A stretch of DNA of 51,997 nucleotides from Candidatus Sumerlaeaceae bacterium (GTDB taxonomy: Bacteria > Sumerlaeota > Sumerlaeia > Sumerlaeales > Sumerlaeaceae), in the NCBI GenBank assembly GCA_051003195.1, contig JBPCLP010000018.1, positions 1-51,997 of the forward strand. Direction: 5' to 3'. Shown one piece after another: positions 7,982 through 16,908 of this stretch (its first letter is position 1; each line of letters begins with the position of its first letter). A model generated the notes under the pieces. It made no database searches, had not been told where the DNA came from, and worked only from the letters and a program-made list of their open reading frames with translations. The translations under genes were made by a program, and so were the position numbers.

Positions 7982-9223
7982 ATGTCGAGGCTCAATCATC
8001 TGCATGCTGCAGTCGGTCTTCTTCTAGTGCTCTCTTCTGCGCATGCGGATACAACCCTGACTCTGGAAACCGATGTGCCACGAATAATCCGGCGATCGCA
8101 GCAGGCGCGCGGCACGAGTATTACGTTGCCGGCGGACGTCGAAATGGCCATTCGGAAAGCCGTGCAGGGAGATGTCATCAACATGGCCGGTTACGACATG
8201 GAAATACTGCCGATTCTTCCCATCCAGCAGCAGGCGGGAGGGCCGCCGATGATATTTGCGGACGACCCGGAATACATTCGTGTGCCCGAAGCCGCGGTAC
8301 TGCGGGAAGTGCTGAACCCCGGTGTGAACCGCTTCTATCTGTATGAGTGCAACGGAACCTCGATACCGAAAACGAAGATCTCGCCTGTGATAGAGAACCT
8401 GGGTGACCAGCCAATGCATCTGCGCTTCCTCAGGTCTGTATCCCCGAGGGTGACGCTGGATTATGGGCGCGCTGGCAAGGAAGCGATCCGGGAATTCATC
8501 ACTGCCAAACCACTCGGTGCAGTGCGTACAATCCCGGCCCGTGGTTCGGACGTTTTCGACACAACCTGTGAAACGGCGCTGGTGGCGCCCGATGAGCTGA
8601 TGCACGGATGGTACGAATTCGAAATTGATCAGCCCGCACGGATCACGGTCCTGCAGACTGCGCCTGATGTGCCGAGCGTCATCGCGAATGCGCGAATTGC
8701 CGAACTGCTGCCGCCGCGCAGCCATAGCGGTGCGGGCCGAGGCTATTATTCGTATAGCGAGTATGTTGTGACACAGCCGAAGAACACCGTTCTTGATACA
8801 GCCGAGGGGCCCCATCAAATTTTCCTGGCGGACGGCACCCTGGACCGGTGGCTGACGGGATGGGATTCGACCACGAGTCAGCCCGTGCAGCTAACGGGCA
8901 ATTATGGTGTTATCTATCACATCCAACTGAAAAGACAGAGCAGCGATGGAAAGGCGCTCGCGTTACTGACGTGGAACGCCCGGACAAAAAGCGGCTGCGG
9001 AGCCATGAGTGGTTGCACCGCAGTGAGTGCGGGAAAGTTTGCAGCCGGTCCTGTGATGGTGCCGGGTAAAGAACCCGTGCTGCGAGGCGGCGATAAGGCG
9101 GTACTTCTGCAGGTTTACCCCCCACCTGCGAAAGGGACAACTGACGAGATCGAAATCACCTACACTCCCCCAGGCGCGAGTTGCCTCCCGACTCCGCTGC
9201 TGCTTGTCCCTATCTCAGACTAA
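7982..9223 (+). CDS. Conserved hypothetical secreted protein
   Basis: Signal peptide (…SSAHA-D). Motifs GGPPMIFADDPEY, GAGRG, LTGNYGVIY, YTPPGASCLP suggest a conserved uncharacterised family. Confidence 0.7.
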   Translation: MSRLNHLHAAVGLLLVLSSAHADTTLTLETDVPRIIRRSQQARGTSITLPADVEMAIRKAVQGDVINMAGYDMEILPILPIQQQAGGPPMIFADDPEYIRVPEAAVLREVLNPGVNRFYLYECNGTSIPKTKISPVIENLGDQPMHLRFLRSVSPRVTLDYGRAGKEAIREFITAKPLGAVRTIPARGSDVFDTTCETALVAPDELMHGWYEFEIDQPARITVLQTAPDVPSVIANARIAELLPPRSHSGAGRGYYSYSEYVVTQPKNTVLDTAEGPHQIFLADGTLDRWLTGWDSTTSQPVQLTGNYGVIYHIQLKRQSSDGKALALLTWNARTKSGCGAMSGCTAVSAGKFAAGPVMVPGKEPVLRGGDKAVLLQVYPPPAKGTTDEIEITYTPPGASCLPTPLLLVPISD

Positions 9224-9314
9224 ATCCGGCTGGAATACTGGATCGAAGCGCTTAGCTTCATGAGATACTGGCATTTGTAAAGGCGTTGCGTGTGCAATAC
9301 ACGCAACGTACTGG

Positions 9315-11033
9315 CTACATCTCGTGCACGGCCATCGTCAGGTACTTATCAAAGCTCGCATCGCGCGGTTCTTTGCGCGGCCTTAACAGATGGTACCTGG
9401 GCCACACCAGCCCGCGAATCATCTTTTCTTCTTCGTAGTATTTGCTCATTGCCTGGATTATCTCTTTCGTAAAAACGTCAGTCGGTTCTGCGGATTCGAC
9501 GTCGTACTGCGTGACGATGAGACCAAATTTCTGGTCGCGAAGATCGTCGAGAAACGGCTGCTGATTCCATCGCCCCTGCCGCGCAAGTTCGCTCAGGATA
9601 AAAGGCTGGAGTACGGGATCGCGTTTCGCCCGAAGGTTGAACATCGCCAGCTCGGTAAAGGTCGGTTTTTGTTCCTCACGCACAACCCGAGCGACTTTGT
9701 CCGCAGCCGCGAAGTCGACACGTGTCGGGTTCTTGCTTTGGTTAAAACGGATCTGCCTGGCTTCCGGTGTAACAACGGTACTTACATGCGCGAAGAGAAT
9801 AAGGACTGTCGCAATCGCGCCTAACAGCGCGATCGTGAAGCCGCGGGTGCGGAAGCTGATTGCATCCGAAAGGCGGCCGAGCGAGTAGCCGGTCATCAGC
9901 ACAACCCCGATAATCGGCTCGATGAGATAATTTTCAGCCGTGCCCGATTTCGCGATCGCAAAAAAGCTGAGACAGGCTAACAGGGCATAGAGATAGATCG
10001 GATCCGCGGCAAAGTCGCGCCAGAAGCCAGGGCCGGCGGATTGCTCAACCGTGGGCTCGCTGCGCGGGCGGCCGCCTCGTAACGCTGCGAGCACCGCTGC
10101 ACAGAACATCGAAAGCGTTGCCGCCATGAGCAGCCACTGGTGCATAAACCAGACGTGCTTAAACCAGTGCTTTAGCTCATGGGGATGATAGACATTCATA
10201 TTGTAGAGCACGGTATGAATGGCATACTGGCCCCGCGTGGCGGCCGTCAGGATTGCGAACGGAACGGCAATGGCCAGCGCGAGCATTACCGTGTAGCGAA
10301 GACCCATTCGCCAGTCACGCACACACAACGCGATCACGCACGCCAGCGGCGCGGCAATCACAGTTTGCTTGGTATACAGAGCCAGTGTGAAGCAGACGAT
10401 GGATAACACGCGCGCGGGAGCGTACCGCGGTGCGAGTGCAACGAACGCAAGGCCGATGAGCGAAAAGTAAATGGCGGGAAAATCCACGCGGTAGTAGGCG
10501 ACCCATTGGAAAACTTCCAATGTCGAAAGGTAGAGCAGCGCCGCCGTAATCCCGGCCGTGACATGGAGCGTTCGGATTGCAATGAGAAGCGCGATGATTA
10601 CGGCGATGCCAAGGCAGGAGATCCAGCAAAGCAGCCGCCCCTGCGAAAAACTCGGCGTGTCCCGGTCGAGTGTCCACGAGGTGACAAACATATAAAGCGG
10701 CGGATAGGTGCCAACCACGTACGGATAACTGGTAAGCGGTTTATAGATACTGTGTCCCCGGTTGAGCTCGAGAGACTGGTAGAGCAGCGCGCCCTCTTCG
10801 TTATCCATTTGAAAAAAACCGTGTCGGGCCGCCAGCGCGGCGCGGTTGGAAATAAGCTGGCTGATGGGCATCAGCTGAACGATTGGATACACGAGCGAGA
10901 GAGCCAGCAGCAGGCTAAGCACGACACCGGCGATGGACCGCGGAGGAGTGACCGGAGAGCCTGGGACTGGCTGCGATTTGAGGTAAGTGTCGACGTAATT
11001 CGGGGGAAGCGGCGGCGGAAGGGAAGTGCTCAC
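9315..11033 (-). CDS. GT-C fold membrane glycosyltransferase (ArnT/PMT-like)
   Basis: Many TM segments; EEG acidic motif after TM1; YPPLY, RVD, YTKQ. GTG 11033 overlaps the upstream stop (GTGA). Confidence 0.8.
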   Translation of the reverse strand: MSTSLPPPLPPNYVDTYLKSQPVPGSPVTPPRSIAGVVLSLLLALSLVYPIVQLMPISQLISNRAALAARHGFFQMDNEEGALLYQSLELNRGHSIYKPLTSYPYVVGTYPPLYMFVTSWTLDRDTPSFSQGRLLCWISCLGIAVIIALLIAIRTLHVTAGITAALLYLSTLEVFQWVAYYRVDFPAIYFSLIGLAFVALAPRYAPARVLSIVCFTLALYTKQTVIAAPLACVIALCVRDWRMGLRYTVMLALAIAVPFAILTAATRGQYAIHTVLYNMNVYHPHELKHWFKHVWFMHQWLLMAATLSMFCAAVLAALRGGRPRSEPTVEQSAGPGFWRDFAADPIYLYALLACLSFFAIAKSGTAENYLIEPIIGVVLMTGYSLGRLSDAISFRTRGFTIALLGAIATVLILFAHVSTVVTPEARQIRFNQSKNPTRVDFAAADKVARVVREEQKPTFTELAMFNLRAKRDPVLQPFILSELARQGRWNQQPFLDDLRDQKFGLIVTQYDVESAEPTDVFTKEIIQAMSKYYEEEKMIRGLVWPRYHLLRPRKEPRDASFDKYLTMAVHEM

Positions 11034-12265
11034 CGGGCCGGAACCGGTTGCGAGCCATGCATTGAGTGAACGCCCCGCAGCACCGCAGCGGCTACGGTTT
11101 CTGCACCCATCACTTCCATGCACATCGGTTCGAGAGAGCACATTTTGAGATAGCATGGACTACATGGAAAATCGGTTATAACTTTTTCCCCGCGATCGAA
11201 CAGGTCGATCTCGCGGTGTGATGTGGAGCCGAACATCGCGACGACATATTTCTGCAGGGCGATGGCAATGTGCATGCCCAGCGTGTCGGAACTGACCAGG
11301 ATGTCGCAGGCATCCACAACTCCGAAGAATTCTTCGAGAGAATTATCGGTGTCCGTATCGATGACCTGTGGCACCGCGGCGAGAATAGCACTGTTAAGTT
11401 CTTTCTCCGCGAGACCGCCCATTAGAAGGACCTCCAGGTTTGCACCGGCAAGCTGGCGAACCAGCGCAATCCAGTTTTCGAGCGGCCACTGCTTGGTGCG
11501 AAATACTTCGCCGCAGCCGGTGTTCAATCCCACCCGGACACGCGCATTTAAAGCCCGAGCGTCGGCAGACACCTCAGTGCGGCCACTCCAGTGTATTTTC
11601 TGTTCGATTTCGGCGCGGCGGCGATGAGACGCGGCTGTCAGTCCCAAAATATATGGATCTCGACCGTAAGGCAGGGCTGCCATCTCCGCGATGATCTGTG
11701 GGTAAGGCCTGGTGTTCAGGCGGAACTTCAGGTCGTCGTTAATGCCAAGCAGCAGCGCATACTCGGACTCTGGATTAAAAACGGCAGGAGTACCCCAGGC
11801 TGTGGGAGCATACCCAAGCCGGCGCTTTGCCACCACGCTGCCAGCAAGATCCAGGGACGTGCGATCTTTTTCGAAATTAAGCAGAACGTCGAATTCGCGG
11901 CCGGCCAGCGTAGCTGTGTTTTCCGACGTCAGTGGCAGCAGCTCATCGATGAGGGGATTGGCGATCAGCAATGGCAACGCGTTTTCGGCGGTTATCCACG
12001 TAATGCGACCTTTTGGCCACTCGCGTTTTATTGCATGAAGCAGCGTGGTGGTGCGAAGCACGTCCCCCATTGCACCCGTTTTTATTATTAATACCCGTGC
12101 CGGGCCCGTGACCTCCGGCTGTGGCTCAGGTCGAAATGTTCGGGCTGATGTCGGTAGTGCCTGCGGCTGGTAATGCGGGCAGCCCGCGCATTCGTTCCCG
12201 TAACGGCAAGGTTTGTAGCCGTTGTACAACGCGCAATCAAATCGCACGTCCGCGAACCGGATCAT
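11030..12265 (-). CDS. GT9 family ADP-heptose:LPS heptosyltransferase-like
   Basis: VLIIKTGAMGDVLRTT, KQWP, DTLGMHIAIAL, MFGST. Cys clusters at both termini. Confidence 0.9.
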   Translation of the reverse strand: MIRFADVRFDCALYNGYKPCRYGNECAGCPHYQPQALPTSARTFRPEPQPEVTGPARVLIIKTGAMGDVLRTTTLLHAIKREWPKGRITWITAENALPLLIANPLIDELLPLTSENTATLAGREFDVLLNFEKDRTSLDLAGSVVAKRRLGYAPTAWGTPAVFNPESEYALLLGINDDLKFRLNTRPYPQIIAEMAALPYGRDPYILGLTAASHRRRAEIEQKIHWSGRTEVSADARALNARVRVGLNTGCGEVFRTKQWPLENWIALVRQLAGANLEVLLMGGLAEKELNSAILAAVPQVIDTDTDNSLEEFFGVVDACDILVSSDTLGMHIAIALQKYVVAMFGSTSHREIDLFDRGEKVITDFPCSPCYLKMCSLEPMCMEVMGAETVAAAVLRGVHSMHGSQPVPAR

Positions 12266-14571
12266 CAGGTGCCGGCGCCGGCGAACTGAATCTGGTGGAA
12301 ACGCGCGTAACGGCCATTTTTCACCAGCAGCTCATCATGGGTGCCATGCTCGATGAACCTGCCCTTATCCATTACATAGATTTCATCGCACCGCTGGATC
12401 GTGGAGAGCCGGTGCGCGACCACTACCGTCGTCCGATGCTCCATCAGGTTGTTAAGCGCTTCCTGGATCAGCGACTCGGTCTCTGAATCCAGGCTCGAGG
12501 TCGCCTCATCGAGGATAAGGATCGGCGCGTCTCGATAGATAGCGCGCGCAATGGCAAGACGCTGCTTTTGTCCACCCGACAGCAGCGACCCACGCGAGCC
12601 GATCATCGTATCGTACCCGTTGGGCAGATCTACAATAAAATCGTGCAGCTTGGCAGCCTTCGTAGCCGCTTCCACCGCCGCGCGATCCGGTTTACCCGCC
12701 CGGCGGTGGCCATAAGCTACGTTGTTTGCAATGGTGTCATTGAAAAGAACGGGGTCCTGTGTCACGATGGCGATCTGGTCGCGTAAAGACTTCACCTGCA
12801 ACTGGCGCAGGTCGATGCCGTCGAACAGGATGGCCCCTTCCGTAGGGTCGTAAAAGCGCGGGAGAAGATTCACGAACGTAGATTTCCCGGAACCAGTTTC
12901 GCCGACGAGCGCGATGGCGCGGCCCGCTCTCAGCTTGAGACTAATGTCACGCAATACGGGCCCGCGCTCTGGCGTGTACTGGAATGTGGCATCCCGAAAC
13001 TCGATCCCGTCCTTCAGCACGGGCGCGAATACGGCCCCGGGTGAGTCTACGATCACAGGATGCTGATCCAGTACATGGAAGACACGGTCACACCCTGCCA
13101 GTCCACGCTGCAGGCGACTCGTAACCTTGCTCATGCCCTTCATCGGCTGAAACAGCCGCATCAGGAAGCCCACAAAAAGAACGAAATTGGAACTGCTCAG
13201 TTCGCCAGAAAGAATGTAGCGCCCGCCCAGCAGCAGAATGGCTGCGACCATGCACATGCCAATCATCTGGGTAACGCTCGAGCCCAGTTCCTCCGCCGCG
13301 TTAGTACGCATACCCATTTTGAAAATGCGCCTGTTCTCCGAATGGAACCGCTCGCCTTCGCGCTTCTCCATATTGAAAGCTTTGACCACGCGCACGCCGC
13401 TGATCGCTTCCTCCATGATCGAACTCAGTATGCCCATGCTCTTCTGCACGCGACCGCTTACCCGGCGGATTCGCTTCCCGATTACGAACAGCATCCCGGC
13501 AAGCGCCGGCACGATTACAAATGTGAAAAACGTCAGGCTTGGCGAAATCATCAGCATAAAGCTGACAAGTGTGATCACGGTAACGGGAGTTTTGAACACG
13601 TTGGAAAACAGCAGGTCGACGGCACCCTCGACCGCTTTCACGTCCTGCGTGACGTGAGACATCAGCACCCCCGGCGGCTGCGCAGCGAAGTAACTCAGGT
13701 CCAATCCCATGATGTGCTGGAATACGTGGTCGCGCATGCGCTGCACCACGCCAAAAGCGAGATACTTACTAAGGTAACCCACGCCGTAACCCGTAAGTGC
13801 TGTCAGGATCCCGGAGCCAACAAGTATGCCCACGAACAACGCGAGTACACGTATCTTGTTTCGAGTACTTTGCGCGCTGTAGTTCTGCAATTGCTGCAGG
13901 TGTGGCGTGACGGCGTTCACGAAGCGCTTCTTCAGCGAAACGGCGTCCCCCGAAACATTGTGAGAACCGGGAATGACCAGGCCGGTGACCCCATTAAAGT
14001 ACCGTGCGCGTAGCTGGGAAGCTGCATCTCCCGCTGCGAGATGGAAGTGATCCGAATCCGACGGCTCAGCCGGCCGTGAAAAGCCGTCAGGCAACAGTAG
14101 TGTCAAATCAGCTCCACTGATCCCGGCATCCAGCTTTAGCTGAAGCCACGAGCCAAGCGCTTCGGAGCTGATGCCGTGAACACCGGACAAATCCACCAGG
14201 ACCTGCCCGCCAGAGTGCCCGAGCTGGCTTCGTATAGCCCCGTTAAATTTTTTGACGGCATCGTGGCCTTGCAGTTCCCCGGCTGCGCGTGTCGCAATGG
14301 TCCCATCCGCACCTGCAACAGGGGTTCCTATCTCAAGGCCGATGCCAGCGTCCTGGTCGGCGATCTCCACCAATGGCTTGTTTTCGATAAGGTGAAGGAT
14401 CGGCTTTAACGTGCTGATCGTCGCGACGGTAAACAGCGCTTCGAGGATAATACAGCCGAACAGCACCGCTACGATACCCCAATAGCCCCGCAGGTAGCTA
14501 ATGAGGCGCCAGTAAGTGATAAAATCGTTACGGGGACGTCGCGACTTCACAAAACCGCCGCTCGTCTGCAA
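12265..14571 (-). CDS. msbA: MsbA-like lipid A ABC exporter with a large insertion (STAS-like) after TM1
   Basis: TMD plus NBD: GETGSGKST, LSGGQKQR, ILDEATSSLD, AHRLST. Coupled to a GT9 gene. About 180 aa lie between TM1 and TM2. The start may be GTG 14550. Confidence 0.85.
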   Translation of the reverse strand: MQTSGGFVKSRRPRNDFITYWRLISYLRGYWGIVAVLFGCIILEALFTVATISTLKPILHLIENKPLVEIADQDAGIGLEIGTPVAGADGTIATRAAGELQGHDAVKKFNGAIRSQLGHSGGQVLVDLSGVHGISSEALGSWLQLKLDAGISGADLTLLLPDGFSRPAEPSDSDHFHLAAGDAASQLRARYFNGVTGLVIPGSHNVSGDAVSLKKRFVNAVTPHLQQLQNYSAQSTRNKIRVLALFVGILVGSGILTALTGYGVGYLSKYLAFGVVQRMRDHVFQHIMGLDLSYFAAQPPGVLMSHVTQDVKAVEGAVDLLFSNVFKTPVTVITLVSFMLMISPSLTFFTFVIVPALAGMLFVIGKRIRRVSGRVQKSMGILSSIMEEAISGVRVVKAFNMEKREGERFHSENRRIFKMGMRTNAAEELGSSVTQMIGMCMVAAILLLGGRYILSGELSSSNFVLFVGFLMRLFQPMKGMSKVTSRLQRGLAGCDRVFHVLDQHPVIVDSPGAVFAPVLKDGIEFRDATFQYTPERGPVLRDISLKLRAGRAIALVGETGSGKSTFVNLLPRFYDPTEGAILFDGIDLRQLQVKSLRDQIAIVTQDPVLFNDTIANNVAYGHRRAGKPDRAAVEAATKAAKLHDFIVDLPNGYDTMIGSRGSLLSGGQKQRLAIARAIYRDAPILILDEATSSLDSETESLIQEALNNLMEHRTTVVVAHRLSTIQRCDEIYVMDKGRFIEHGTHDELLVKNGRYARFHQIQFAGAGT

Positions 14572-14592
14572 ACCAGCAGAGAATTCAACATG

Positions 14593-15282
14593 TCAGGAAG
14601 CTATACCGACAGCCCCGTGAAGCTTTTGTAAATAAGTAGCGAAACACGCCATCAGGTAAACCACGCTGTAGCCGCCCCCCATCATCTCGCGCACCCACAG
14701 CAGCCATGGCAGTTTGTAGATTTTACCCGGCGAGGAGGGATGACGAAGGCGAAGCTGTCCCGTCTGCGCGGATTTTACATAATCGTCTGCCAGTTCGAAT
14801 CCCTGCTGCTCGAGTTGCGGCTGGAGCACTTCCCGAAAGAAAGTGCCCGCATCGAAATAGAGCTGAATGGCTATCTTGCCCGGAAGCAGCACTTCATCGA
14901 GAAACTCGTTGCGCATCCACTTCGCAATTTTGCCGCGCTCGCCAACCTCCGGGTCCATTCCCTGAGCCGACAGAAGTTCGAGGATCAGCGGCGGGTCACT
15001 GGTTCCGAGTAGCTCGAGCGCTTTTTTTCGCGCCACCTCGTGTCCCTGTGGGTATTCGCGGATGGTCAGGTGTTCGGGGATGAACATATATACAATCCCT
15101 GAGTCGAATTGTCCCAGCGTTAGCGCGCTCTGTTCAAGTGCCTCATAAGAGAAGCTGTAGAATAGTTCACGATAAATGGCAAGCGCATCAATGCCCTGCG
15201 CGTTCTGGCGGAGGGCGCGCGCGCGCTGCTCGATGAATTCACTGCAGTGCGCGTAATCGTAGTAAACTATCTGTCCAGCCAT
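14593..15282 (-). CDS. Hypothetical protein
   Basis: Long ORF with protein-like composition directly upstream of msbA; ATG 15282 chosen. No family recognised. Confidence 0.7.
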   Translation of the reverse strand: MAGQIVYYDYAHCSEFIEQRARALRQNAQGIDALAIYRELFYSFSYEALEQSALTLGQFDSGIVYMFIPEHLTIREYPQGHEVARKKALELLGTSDPPLILELLSAQGMDPEVGERGKIAKWMRNEFLDEVLLPGKIAIQLYFDAGTFFREVLQPQLEQQGFELADDYVKSAQTGQLRLRHPSSPGKIYKLPWLLWVREMMGGGYSVVYLMACFATYLQKLHGAVGIAS

Positions 15283-15398
15283 GGAGCCGGGCTCTTTCAC
15301 TTTCCGTGGGCAGTCGCGGTGGGAGCGGATTCTTTGCGCCCGAACATTAGTCAAAGGCGTGGAACTCTGTTATCAATCATAAAAACGGCGCAGAGGCA

Positions 15399-15413
15399 TG
15401 GCTTAAGTTTTGC
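15399..15413 (+). promoter_or_regulatory. Putative sigma-54 promoter for the receiver-domain gene
   Basis: TGGCTTAAGTTTTGC fits GG-N10-GC with TTGC, about 50 nt upstream of ATG 15465. Confidence 0.45.
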
Positions 15414-15464
15414 TTCTTCTGTGCACGCAATTGTCAAAATTACCGACAAGCTCAGGTGGATCTC

Positions 15465-15836
15465 ATGATGCAGGCAGTGTCCGCAGCGACTCCTACAAAG
15501 CAGGTATTAGTATGGGAGACGCCGAGTTCTGACTCCGCGAATCTTATGCGGGAACTCGCCTCAGGTGACTACGCTGTCACAGTCGCGCACGACCTGGAAC
15601 AGGCTACGCGGCTTGCGGCGGAACGGGACTTTGATCTCGCCCTGATTGAGGTAGATCTGCCACGTCAAGCGTCCCTGGGCCTCATGCGCTCCATTCACCA
15701 GCGCCACCCATCCACTAAGGTGGTCATGCTCACCAATTACGGTGACGAAGAACTGTGGGTCGACCTGGTGAATGAGGGCGCCTCGGATCTATTATGCCGG
15801 CCGATACGGCGTGTGGATCTGGAGCGCAGCATTTAA
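15465..15836 (+). CDS. Stand-alone atypical (pseudo) response-regulator receiver domain
   Basis: Receiver fold pattern (VLVWE…FDLALIEVDLP…GL…VVMLT…GA.DLL.RP) but phospho-acceptor D->E, K->R, and no DD pair. Confidence 0.8.
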   Translation: MMQAVSAATPTKQVLVWETPSSDSANLMRELASGDYAVTVAHDLEQATRLAAERDFDLALIEVDLPRQASLGLMRSIHQRHPSTKVVMLTNYGDEELWVDLVNEGASDLLCRPIRRVDLERSI

Positions 15837-15968
15837 CGGGGGCAAGGGCGCTTGAACACCGATTTCGGGTAATTGGACGCTTTTTTCCCGTTTGCAAAAA
15901 CTTCCTTGATTCGCGTCTGCGCCCGGCATTCTTCGCAAGTCGCTCTTAGAACCTGGAGGACTATCGTA

Positions 15969-16880
15969 TTGAGAAAGCAACTTGTTACCGGGAAAAAACT
16001 TTTGCTCTTTATTGACACCGGAGATAACTGCCGTTGTCCGCTGGCCAGCGGTTATCTGCACAAGCTGCTCGACCACCGGAACATCAAGTACATCGACATC
16101 AAAACTGCAGGGGTTATGACGCCTACCGGGCTGCTGCCCACCCCTGAAGTAGTGCAGTTGCTGGCCGAAGAAGGTGTCGACATTAAACGGCACCGTTCAC
16201 GTCCGCTGACCCTGGAATTGATTCGGCAGGCCGACCTCATACTCGGCATGACGCCGATTCACGTGCAGAAAGCTATCCGCATGACTGAGGACGCACGCGA
16301 TAAGACATTCCTTTTGAAGGAATACGTGGGTAACACCGGTCGAAACGTGCAGATCCCCGACCCGATGGGCGGGACACTCGAAATCTTCAAGAAGTGCTTC
16401 ACGGATATTCGGCAGGGACTGCAGAAGCTTGCGGAAATGGACTTCATTGCACAGCCGCCGGAAACCCGTGAAATGGTCGTAGTGGATACGACTCCTGTGG
16501 CGGTACGGCCGCCGCAACCCGGTGCGCCAGCGGAAGCCACGCCGAAAAAAGTAAAACAGAAGCCCGTTGGTTCGCTCAATAAACCAACGGTGCTGGCTGC
16601 GGGCAAGGCTGCCCGCAAGCCCGCCGCCGCCAAACCTGCTGCCCGACCTGCCCCCGCGGCGAAGAAAGCCGCGAAGCCCGCCAAGTCAAAGACGTCCAAA
16701 CCTGCTGCAAAACCTGCAAAACCTGCAAAGGCCAGGACTGCCAAGACTGCCAAGACTGCCAAGACTGCCAAGACCGCCAAGACTGCCAAGACTGCCAAGA
16801 CTGCCAAGGCGACAGGTTCCAAAAGTGCTGCAAAATCGAAACCGGCCAAAAAGCCCGCGGTCAAAAAGGGCCGCAAGTAA
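15969..16880 (+). CDS. LMW-PTP/YwlE-like phosphatase homologue with altered P-loop, fused to a Lys/Ala/Pro-rich histone H1-like tail
   Basis: GGAGGA RBS before TTG 15969. LLFIDTGDNCRCPLA, TAG, HRSRPL, ADLILGMT..H, IPDPMGG; C-terminal KPAA/AKT repeats. Confidence 0.85.
   Translation: MRKQLVTGKKLLLFIDTGDNCRCPLASGYLHKLLDHRNIKYIDIKTAGVMTPTGLLPTPEVVQLLAEEGVDIKRHRSRPLTLELIRQADLILGMTPIHVQKAIRMTEDARDKTFLLKEYVGNTGRNVQIPDPMGGTLEIFKKCFTDIRQGLQKLAEMDFIAQPPETREMVVVDTTPVAVRPPQPGAPAEATPKKVKQKPVGSLNKPTVLAAGKAARKPAAAKPAARPAPAAKKAAKPAKSKTSKPAAKPAKPAKARTAKTAKTAKTAKTAKTAKTAKTAKATGSKSAAKSKPAKKPAVKKGRK
16731..16808 (+). repeat. 9-bp coding tandem repeat (GCCAAGACT, about 8.7 units) encoding AKT repeats
   Basis: Directly visible: GCCAGGACT, then seven GCCAAGACY units, then GCCAAG. 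Confidence 0.95.
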
Positions 16881-16908
16881 ACTTCCGATACAACGAGGTG
16901 CAAATTCC

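Noticed and set aside
16731..16808. Tandem repeat as a CRISPR array
   Set aside because: 9-bp contiguous coding units with no spacers and no cas genes in the window.
16567..16908. N-terminal extension of ORF 16567..18684 with PRL repeats (possible frameshift fusion)
   Set aside because: It is the alternative frame of the AKT repeat in the upstream gene. The real start at 16909 has an RBS and signal peptide, and 9-bp units keep frame, so no phase variation.
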